In this document: in pieces, positions 30,001-37,551 of the stretch
Position numbering within the stretch: the first letter of the stretch is position 1
Layout: every line of letters starts with the position of its first letter
Assembly: GCA_050178385.1 (NCBI GenBank)
Contig: JBFXGD010000011.1
Coordinates: forward strand, 1 to 44,042
Direction: 5' to 3'
DNA length: 44,042 nt
Source of the DNA: Calditrichaceae bacterium
GTDB taxonomy: Bacteria > Calditrichota > Calditrichia > Calditrichales > JBFXGD01
Translations under genes and position numbers: made by a program
The notes under the pieces: model-generated
What the model was told of the DNA's origin: nothing
Seen by the model: only the letters and a program-made list of their open reading frames with translations
Databases searched by the model: none

Positions 30001-30677
30001 AAAATTTTATATTTATAATAGTTATTCTGAGTGTTCTCAGTAAAACGGGATATTCCCAGGGGTTAAATCAGCCTCTGCTTGTCAGCGGTAAAGTCTCCAA
30101 TTCAGCCGGGAATCCCATCAATCCGGAGAATTTTCATATTAAGATTTTTCTAAAAAATTCACCGCAGGATTATCTTACGGAATTATCGCCTTCCTGCGGA
30201 TATACTGAGCCGGTCTGGTATGCCGAATTGGGAAATTTGAAAAATAACTGGTATTACGGGGATACGCTCAGCATCATCCTGGAAGATACGCAGCTCAGAG
30301 AGCAGGTGCGCTATAACTGGAAAATTGTATCTGACGCGCTCGTTCCCGATTTGCAGACACAGAGGCTTTCCGGGAGCAGTGTTATTACTGATTTCAGCAT
30401 CTCTGACCGGGGCGCGCTCAACGGAAATCCGGTTTATTTCTCATACAGAACACCGCTGACGAATTCACCCTCCGTCGAACTTCAGATACGCAGCCTGGAC
30501 GGCAGGGAAGTATATAGACAAAAAGAGCCGGTACAGGTGACATCGGATTCCTATCAATTCATGTGGAACGGGAAATCAATGTCCGGTGGAAATTTACGAT
30601 CCGGCGCGTATTTTTATTTTCTAAATTTACAAGGACAAATAATTCATTCCGGAATGGTGTCTCTGAAAAATGATTAA
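29997..30677 (+). CDS. Secreted protein with C-terminal FlgD-Ig / CTD-like domain
   Basis: Signal peptide; IRSLDGREV, WNGKSMSGGNLRSGAYFY, terminal GMVSLK. ATGA overlap with the upstream stop. Confidence 0.7.
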   Translation: MKNFIFIIVILSVLSKTGYSQGLNQPLLVSGKVSNSAGNPINPENFHIKIFLKNSPQDYLTELSPSCGYTEPVWYAELGNLKNNWYYGDTLSIILEDTQLREQVRYNWKIVSDALVPDLQTQRLSGSSVITDFSISDRGALNGNPVYFSYRTPLTNSPSVELQIRSLDGREVYRQKEPVQVTSDSYQFMWNGKSMSGGNLRSGAYFYFLNLQGQIIHSGMVSLKND

Positions 30678-32739
30678 ACGTATAATTCTGTATCTGATTA
30701 TAACGGGAATGATACCACTGCAGGCGCAGGAACTCATGGTTTCGAGTCCTTACCAGCTTGGGATGAGCACGTCCACGGCAAGAATTGATAACTGGCAGTT
30801 CGCGAATTCGGCGCTGGCACAGTCCTTCTACAGGCAGAACGCCTATGCAAGCTTGTCCTATTACACGCCTTATCAGGAGCTCTCAGACGGGAATATCGGT
30901 ACCAACGCGGTTCAGGTTTTTCTGCCTTCCTATAGGTGGGGCGCGGTCAATTTTTCTTACACACAATTTTCTGTAGAAAACTTCGATAATCCTGTTATAG
31001 ATGCATCCGCGATTGAATTTGGTTATGCCAACGCGTTTTTTAAACGTCTGATTGTCGCCGCTTCGCTAAAATGGAATGACTATACATGGTATTCGGATAT
31101 TAATGAAGATGAAACGGTTTCGGGAGTCGGAGGTGATCTGAGCGCCATATATGTGCTGGATGGATACCAGAGTGTTGGATTCAGCGCGAAAAACCTGTTC
31201 AGTCCGTCCTATTCATCCGTATCCGGTGATAATGAAGCGAGGGAATTTAGAACTTCCTACCTATGGCTGAATGAATCCAATTCAATATCGCTTGAAGGCG
31301 GGGCGATCCTGGAAGATGATTACTACCTGGACCGGAATTTTGGGGCATTTATCAATGCGAAATTTGATCTGCCGTCGAATTTCAGTCTTGGTGTCGAATA
31401 CAAAAAGGTAATTTATAACGAAATCGGCGCCTTACTCGCCTTTAAATTTCACATGAAAGAATTTTCCGCTCACCTGACCTATGGTGTCCGGTATGATGAT
31501 TCACCACTGCCGGTATCAACACTGCGACAGGCCTGGGGAATTCAGTTTTCGGTTGACCGGTTCCATGGCGATGCCGCTGTAGTTAACCCTCAACTTGTTT
31601 ACAGGGATAAAACGGCTCCTCAGCTCCATCTTGACAGGCTGGGAAATTACACGGTATTCACACGACCGGATACTTCGGATATTTTTAGAATTCACATCAG
31701 CGCCAGGGATGAAGATTCAGGTTTGTCACTGCTGAATTTGAGTATCGTTTCCGCCGAAGACAGCAGCATCGTCGCTTATAGGAAATCATATAATCTTCGG
31801 GGTGGTGAATTTGATGATTCCCTATCCTTTAACGGAATTCAGGATGACGGCCGTTTTGTAAGAAATATGACTTTTGTCGCGGGTATTGAGATCGTTGACA
31901 AGGCGGGTAACAGTTCATCTGAAACGCTGCCTTTCAAAGTACTTTCCCTGATAAATGACAGTAATCCGCCGGAAATAAATCTGGAATTTGACACAACAGG
32001 AGTTAAACTGGAGCCTTTCAGAACGGATTACATATTGACGATGAAAGCTGATATCCGTGATGAAGAATCCGAGCGTCTGAACTGGAAAATTCAGTTGTAT
32101 AAATCCGGTGATGACTCCGTATGGAGCGCTATCAGGCCGCTTGTCGGTGATGATCAGGTCATCAACCGCAGCTTTAAATGGCTCCTGAGAGATCATCCTA
32201 AAAATCCGATTACAGCAAGTTATAAAATTAAAGTTGAAGCATCAGATGAACTTGAAAACTATGCGATGAAATGGACCGGGGTGAAAAATATTTTCTTAGA
32301 AAAGCCTGAAATTGCCGCGCCTGAGAAAAAAGTTGAAGTCATAACCACGCCACAGCCTGTTGAAGATGAAAAGAACGCCATATTTTATCTGGATGAGAGT
32401 CCCGGACCGGTGAAAGCGTCATCCGCAAAGAAGCAGATGAAGGTAAGCGCTACTTATTTTTACAGGGATAATGAGATTAAACTCACGGATTTTGTTTTCA
32501 GCGGAAATGACTTTGATGTGAATTCAAACATGCAGAGTCTTTCGGTGGTTGGCGTCTATCTGCAGGATCTGCCCGCATCGAGACTTGTCATAGAGTATCC
32601 GCAAAACTTATCACGCATACGAGGATTTGAAGAAGCCCTTAAAGCCTTCTTTGAAGATGTGTATGGTGTAAGCCCTGACAGAGTCCGGGTAAATGTGTCA
32701 AGCTCCAGTGAGTCGATTCATTTTATTATAAAAGAATAA
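30670..32739 (+). CDS. Predicted outer-membrane beta-barrel (PorP/SprF- or PorV-like) fused to two Ig-like domains and a degenerate OmpA-like C-terminus
   Basis: Signal peptide; QLGMS...NSALA plug-like start; alternating aromatic beta strands to about aa 295; DKTAP...DEDSGL...DKAGN and DSNPP...DELEN Ig units; C-terminal LVIEY...LSRIR...GVSPDRV. Confidence 0.6.
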   Translation: MIKRIILYLIITGMIPLQAQELMVSSPYQLGMSTSTARIDNWQFANSALAQSFYRQNAYASLSYYTPYQELSDGNIGTNAVQVFLPSYRWGAVNFSYTQFSVENFDNPVIDASAIEFGYANAFFKRLIVAASLKWNDYTWYSDINEDETVSGVGGDLSAIYVLDGYQSVGFSAKNLFSPSYSSVSGDNEAREFRTSYLWLNESNSISLEGGAILEDDYYLDRNFGAFINAKFDLPSNFSLGVEYKKVIYNEIGALLAFKFHMKEFSAHLTYGVRYDDSPLPVSTLRQAWGIQFSVDRFHGDAAVVNPQLVYRDKTAPQLHLDRLGNYTVFTRPDTSDIFRIHISARDEDSGLSLLNLSIVSAEDSSIVAYRKSYNLRGGEFDDSLSFNGIQDDGRFVRNMTFVAGIEIVDKAGNSSSETLPFKVLSLINDSNPPEINLEFDTTGVKLEPFRTDYILTMKADIRDEESERLNWKIQLYKSGDDSVWSAIRPLVGDDQVINRSFKWLLRDHPKNPITASYKIKVEASDELENYAMKWTGVKNIFLEKPEIAAPEKKVEVITTPQPVEDEKNAIFYLDESPGPVKASSAKKQMKVSATYFYRDNEIKLTDFVFSGNDFDVNSNMQSLSVVGVYLQDLPASRLVIEYPQNLSRIRGFEEALKAFFEDVYGVSPDRVRVNVSSSSESIHFIIKE

Positions 32740-32841
32740 AAATCTGAAAAGGTCTCCTTCTGGATGCCGGCGCAATTTAATAAAGTTTAAAATAAGATGT
32801 CTTGGTATAGTATTTAAAAGCTCAATTTAAGGGCAGAGTGA

Positions 32842-33120
32842 CTATTCTTTCTGCCCTGTTTTTTTTATGATATGAAATCCGAATTGTGTACGTATAATCC
32901 CGCTGACTCTGCCGGGCGATAACCTTTTTGTCGCATCCTCAAATTCCTTTACCATTTTCCCTGGCCCAAACCACCCCAGATCACCGCCTTTGCCTTTACT
33001 GGGACAGGTCGAAAACTCCTTAGCCAATGCGGCAAAATTACCGCCGGACTTCAATTTTTTTAAAATAACATCCGCCAGTTTTCTGTCTTTAACCAGAATA
33101 TGACTTGCTCTCCACTCCAT
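32842..33120 (-). CDS. ppiC: Parvulin-type peptidyl-prolyl cis-trans isomerase
   Basis: ASHILVK, FAALAKEFSTCPS, GGDLGWF, MVKEFE, TQFGFHII. GGAGG RBS. Confidence 0.95.
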   Translation of the reverse strand: MEWRASHILVKDRKLADVILKKLKSGGNFAALAKEFSTCPSKGKGGDLGWFGPGKMVKEFEDATKRLSPGRVSGIIRTQFGFHIIKKTGQKE

Positions 33121-33262
33121 CTCGCCTCCATAACAATTGTCTGAAGTTTGCTTTTAGCCATAAATTTATGGAATCGACCTGATTTATACAAATAGGACAT
33201 TGAAAATTTGTCCGCGCGTCATTACTTTTTTAAGTACATTGAATCAGCTATTGAAAAGGTCA

Positions 33263-33301
33263 TACCTCAAATAAGGTATGATAAATGCCTCATTTGAGGT
33301 A
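33263..33301. promoter_or_regulatory. Tandem palindromic upstream activator sites (consensus TACCTCA-N2-TGAGGTA)
   Basis: TACCTCA-AA-TAAGGTA at 33263-33278 and TGCCTCA-TT-TGAGGTA at 33286-33301, one mismatch each, 23 bp apart. Confidence 0.7.
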
Positions 33302-33350
33302 ATTCGCATATATAAACTGGAATAAACCGCGCCGGATGTGGTTTTAAGTT

Positions 33351-33367
33351 CTGGCATGGAAGTTGAT
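33351..33367 (+). promoter_or_regulatory. Sigma54 (-24/-12) promoter candidate
   Basis: CTGGCATGGAAGTTGAT matches TGGCA(C/T)-N5-TTG(C/A) with A at -12. It lies upstream of an operon that encodes a GAFTGA activator. Confidence 0.65.
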
Positions 33368-33412
33368 TAATTCATATCAGATAATTAATCAACCAATAAA
33401 TTGGAGGTATGT

Positions 33413-34399
33413 ATGAATTCATTAAAAATGATCACGGTGTTTTTGCTAATTACCATAACAGCATTATTCAGTTCGGCAGCGGACGGGAAAAAAGAAATAA
33501 AGATACGTCTGAATGTTGATGGAAAAAATGGACTCGGTATGCTTGTAAAAAACCTGGATAAAAATGATAAAGCTAAGCTGAACAAAGATTCGGGGGCACT
33601 GGTCGTGGATGTTATCGATGGGAGTGAAGCGCAAAAAATCGGTGTACAAAAGAATGATGTAATTGTTTACTTTGATGGCGCTGAAATTAAAAACGCGGAA
33701 GAACTGAATGATCTCGTAAAAGATTATGAAGAAGCGAAATCGGTAACTTTCAAAGCGCTTCGGGATGGTAGGGAAATGTCCTTTACGGGAACATTTACTG
33801 AACTCAATTTATCGGGGTATGAATATAATTTTGAAGACGATGACTTTGATTTTGACATGGATATGGAAGAAGTACAAAAGATTCCGGGTATGATGAAAGA
33901 ATTTCATATGAATATGCCTCCTGATCTTATGTCCGACAAAGGTGGGTTTCTTGGTGTGCAGGCGAAAAACCTGAAAAAGCAGATGCTTGATTATTTTAAA
34001 GCGGAATACGGCGTTCTTATTGAAGAAGTGATTAAAGATTCTCCGGCAGAGAAAGCGGGATTAAAGGCCGGAGATGTGATCACCGGGATCGAAAAACGTA
34101 AAATAGAAGATTATTCCGACCTGGTGCGAACCTTGAATTATTATAATCCGGAAGAAAAGGTAAATATAAAATTTATCAGAAACGGTAGTAAAAAAGATGT
34201 GAATGTCACTCTTGAGAAAAAAACAGGCGAGATGAATATACAATTTCCGGATCAGAAGATGATCTGGATAGAGAAGGAAGAACTGGATGACTCTCTCGAT
34301 GTATTAAAAGATCATGTTAAAGTATTGAAAAAACATATTGGTGATGTAAAATCAGAATTAAAAGATATTGACATTGATTTTAAAATCTATATCATATAA
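33413..34399 (+). CDS. Exported tandem-PDZ protein without a protease domain
   Basis: GGAGG RBS precedes ATG 33413. Signal peptide; two HtrA-like PDZ domains (GLGMLV...GALVVDV...DVIV and GFLGVQ...SPAEKAGLKAGDVI). Confidence 0.85.
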   Translation: MNSLKMITVFLLITITALFSSAADGKKEIKIRLNVDGKNGLGMLVKNLDKNDKAKLNKDSGALVVDVIDGSEAQKIGVQKNDVIVYFDGAEIKNAEELNDLVKDYEEAKSVTFKALRDGREMSFTGTFTELNLSGYEYNFEDDDFDFDMDMEEVQKIPGMMKEFHMNMPPDLMSDKGGFLGVQAKNLKKQMLDYFKAEYGVLIEEVIKDSPAEKAGLKAGDVITGIEKRKIEDYSDLVRTLNYYNPEEKVNIKFIRNGSKKDVNVTLEKKTGEMNIQFPDQKMIWIEKEELDDSLDVLKDHVKVLKKHIGDVKSELKDIDIDFKIYII

Positions 34400-34411
34400 G
34401 TAGTTTCCCGG

Positions 34412-34432
34412 GGGGACGCATAGTCCCCTTTT
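34412..34432 (+). terminator. Internal hairpin / weak terminator between PDZ gene and kinase
   Basis: GGGGAC-GCATA-GTCCCC followed by TTTT. Confidence 0.5.
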
Positions 34433-34465
34433 ATACATCTTATCAATTTCCGGATCATCAGAAAA

Positions 34466-36040
34466 ATGCCAAAACAAAAAAAGTACATAGGCATCAGGAC
34501 AAAATTTATTATCATCGTTTCAGTTTTGATGGCATTTATTCTGCTTCTTCAATTCTATTTTACCAACCGCACTCAGAAGGATATCGTCAAGGAATTAACC
34601 CGTCTTTCATCATCAATAAACATGGCTACAGATGAATATTTGACCGGTGACGCCTATGCGCCGGATAAATTTTCTCTTCCGGATGATTCCCTGGTTAGAC
34701 GGCTGGACAGTGAATTTGAAGAACTGGAAGTGTTTTCAGATAGCATTCTACAGTTCAGCGATTCGCTTGTGTGGACTGAAATACGCCGTAAAGGTGATAT
34801 GCTGAAGGAAAAGATAAAAATTGAAATTCTCGCTCCGGGAGAAAAAATAGCCGGTTTTAATGAAAAAATTAAGGTGATGAGGGAGGGATCAGAGAAACAT
34901 GCTCTACGTTTAGACAGTCTGAAAGACCGGTTCAAAAACATTGAAATTGATATTAATGAAACACACAGGGTGAAAATAGATTCATTGACCAGGCACCTGA
35001 AAATATTAAAAAATGTGAATGCTAAAAAAGACAGTTATTCAGTGTCATTTGTTTTCCCTGATTTTACGGAACCTGAATCACCAAAATTGCTCCGTTATAG
35101 TTATAATACATCTGAAATCAACGCGACCATCGCAAATCTCAGCCGCCGCAATATGATCGTTACATTTCTTTTGTTTGGTCTTTCGATTATCGCAATTGTC
35201 TTTATTGCCAAATCATTTCTGAGACCTATCCATTCCCTAAAAGATGGTTTTGATCAACTTGTTGAAGGTGATTTTAACGCGAATGTTGAATCAAAATCCA
35301 ATGATGAGATGGGGGAACTCGCTCATTCATTTAATCAGATGGTATCGGAATTGCGGAAAAACAAAGACAAAGAACAATTACTGCGCCGTAAAGAGCGTCT
35401 GGCATCCCTGGGGCAGCTTGCGGCAGGGGTGGCGCATGAAATTAAGAATCCGCTGAATGCCATAAATCTTACGATCGAACATTTGAAAGACAAACTCTCA
35501 TCAGGTGATAATCGGCAGACCGATGAATATATCGGTACCGTTCAGTCGGAAATACGACGTCTGGATAAGACGGTAAACAATTTTCTGAATTATGTAAGAA
35601 GCGAGCACCTGGTCAAAAAACCGGAAGACATCAATCTGCTCCTAACCGAAGTTCTGAATCTTTATCAGCGTGAATTCGTAAGCAAATCCATATCAACAAA
35701 TATTGACTTCGATGAACCGTTCATACTGGAGGTCGATAAGGAACGTCTGAAGACCGCCGTAGTAAATATCATAATAAATTCGATTCAGGCGATGCCGGAA
35801 GGCGGTGTACTCACGATTAAGACAGACTTGAAATCAAAATCACTGATTATTTCCGATAACGGAAGCGGAATTGCCGAAAAGGACAGAGAGCATATATTCG
35901 ACCTGTTCTTTACAACCAGATCATCAGGAACCGGTTTGGGGCTTCCCACCGCCTATAAAATTGTGAAAGAACATCAGGGTGAGATTGAAATCAACAGTCG
36001 TTTGGGTGAGGGAACCGAGGTTGTCATAACGCTCGCATAA
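34466..36040 (+). CDS. Membrane sensor histidine kinase with HAMP domain (NtrB/ZraS/AtoS-like)
   Basis: Two TM helices, HAMP (LRPI...DEMGELAHSFNQM), GQLAAGVAHEIKNPL, NIIINSIQA, DNGSGI, GTGLGL. Confidence 0.93.
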   Translation: MPKQKKYIGIRTKFIIIVSVLMAFILLLQFYFTNRTQKDIVKELTRLSSSINMATDEYLTGDAYAPDKFSLPDDSLVRRLDSEFEELEVFSDSILQFSDSLVWTEIRRKGDMLKEKIKIEILAPGEKIAGFNEKIKVMREGSEKHALRLDSLKDRFKNIEIDINETHRVKIDSLTRHLKILKNVNAKKDSYSVSFVFPDFTEPESPKLLRYSYNTSEINATIANLSRRNMIVTFLLFGLSIIAIVFIAKSFLRPIHSLKDGFDQLVEGDFNANVESKSNDEMGELAHSFNQMVSELRKNKDKEQLLRRKERLASLGQLAAGVAHEIKNPLNAINLTIEHLKDKLSSGDNRQTDEYIGTVQSEIRRLDKTVNNFLNYVRSEHLVKKPEDINLLLTEVLNLYQREFVSKSISTNIDFDEPFILEVDKERLKTAVVNIIINSIQAMPEGGVLTIKTDLKSKSLIISDNGSGIAEKDREHIFDLFFTTRSSGTGLGLPTAYKIVKEHQGEIEINSRLGEGTEVVITLA

Positions 36041-36052
36041 CAGGTAAACAGG

Positions 36053-37405
36053 ATGAATATTTTAGTTGTAGATGATGAAAAAGCGCAGCGCGCGATACTA
36101 ACGGACATTCTTGAGGACGCCGGATATACGGTGGGAACCGCCGCGGATGGAGAAACCGCGCTGGATATGCTGATCGGCGGAGAATATCACATTGTGCTCA
36201 CCGATTTGAGAATGCCCGGAATGGACGGTGTGCAGTTGTTGAGCAGTGTTTTGGAACTGAAACCCGATATACAAGTGATCATAATGACCGCGTTCGGCAC
36301 AATTCCGGGAGCGGTTACCGCCATAAAAAAAGGCGCGTACGATTATCTTGCAAAACCCTTTCAAAAAGATGATCTGCTCAGGGTTATTCAGCGAGTGTCG
36401 GAAAAAGTGAGTCTTCTTCAGGAAAACAGAAAATTAAAAGAAGAAATCACGCATCGCTATGAATATCATAATCTGATTGGTAACAGCGCTTCAATGCAAA
36501 AAGTATATCAATTAATTGAGCGGATTAAGGATATCGACGCAACGGTTTTAATTACGGGTGAAAGCGGAACCGGAAAAGAGCTCGCGGCGAGAGCAATTCA
36601 CTACAGCGGTGTCCGAAAAAATGGTCCCTTTGTTGCTTTTAACTGCGGCGCTATCCCTGAAACTCTTATTGAGAGTGAACTTTTCGGGCATGAGAAAGGT
36701 GCTTTTACCGGTGCTCATAAGACCTATATCGGAAAATTTGAACAAGCGCAGGGTGGTACCATTTTCCTTGACGAAATAAGTACGATGCGCATCGATTTGC
36801 AAACGCGGCTGCTGCGGGTACTTCAGGAAAAGAAAATAGAGAGAATCGGATCGAACAGGACGATTGATCTGGATGTAAGAGTTATCGCCGCGACAAATGA
36901 TGATCTTGAAGATAAAACAAGCAATGGAAGTTTCAGGGTGGATCTGTATCACAGATTAAATGTATTTAAAATAGACCTTCCCGCCTTAAGCGAACGCCGC
37001 TCTGATATCCCATTACTCGCAGGACATTTTCTTAAAAAATACGCGACGCTGTATGCAAAAAAGGAGCCGACGCTATCATCAGAGGCCCTTGGAGCGCTTG
37101 AAGCATACGCATTTCCGGGCAATGTTAGGGAGCTGGAAAATATTATGGAAAAAACAGTCATTTTAAATGATGGTGAATCCATTGACGCAGAACAACTTAT
37201 GATGCCCAATACCGTCAAAAACATCAGCTCAGGCAATTTTCCGAAAAAACTTCCCGAACTGGAAAAAACTTTACTCATCGATGCGTTACAAAAATCTGAA
37301 GGATCCCTGAAACAAGCGGCAAGTTTGCTGGGGATCACCTACAAAACCCTTCAATACCGACTCAAAAAGCATTGCATCAATAAAAATCTATTCAAACATC
37401 CATAA
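36053..37405 (+). CDS. Sigma54-dependent response regulator (NtrC family: REC-AAA+-Fis HTH)
   Basis: VVDDE...TDLRMP, GESGTGKE, ESELFGHEKGAFTGA, FLDEI, FRVDLYHRLNV, PGNVRELEN, AASLLGITYKTLQYRLKK. Confidence 0.96.
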   Translation: MNILVVDDEKAQRAILTDILEDAGYTVGTAADGETALDMLIGGEYHIVLTDLRMPGMDGVQLLSSVLELKPDIQVIIMTAFGTIPGAVTAIKKGAYDYLAKPFQKDDLLRVIQRVSEKVSLLQENRKLKEEITHRYEYHNLIGNSASMQKVYQLIERIKDIDATVLITGESGTGKELAARAIHYSGVRKNGPFVAFNCGAIPETLIESELFGHEKGAFTGAHKTYIGKFEQAQGGTIFLDEISTMRIDLQTRLLRVLQEKKIERIGSNRTIDLDVRVIAATNDDLEDKTSNGSFRVDLYHRLNVFKIDLPALSERRSDIPLLAGHFLKKYATLYAKKEPTLSSEALGALEAYAFPGNVRELENIMEKTVILNDGESIDAEQLMMPNTVKNISSGNFPKKLPELEKTLLIDALQKSEGSLKQAASLLGITYKTLQYRLKKHCINKNLFKHP

Positions 37406-37551
37406 TTTGACTTACCTTAGAAACGATCCAGTCTCATAAAAGTATATATATTACTAATGTTATGAGTAATTCCTTTCGATGACTAAATAATATCCACTTA
37501 TAATAGTCAAGATTATTTTCATAGGATTTACTCCGGACAATTGGAGATATT

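Noticed and set aside
33401..33412. TTG start given by the ORF track for the PDZ gene
   Set aside because: That stretch contains the GGAGG RBS; ATG at 33413 gives a proper signal peptide.
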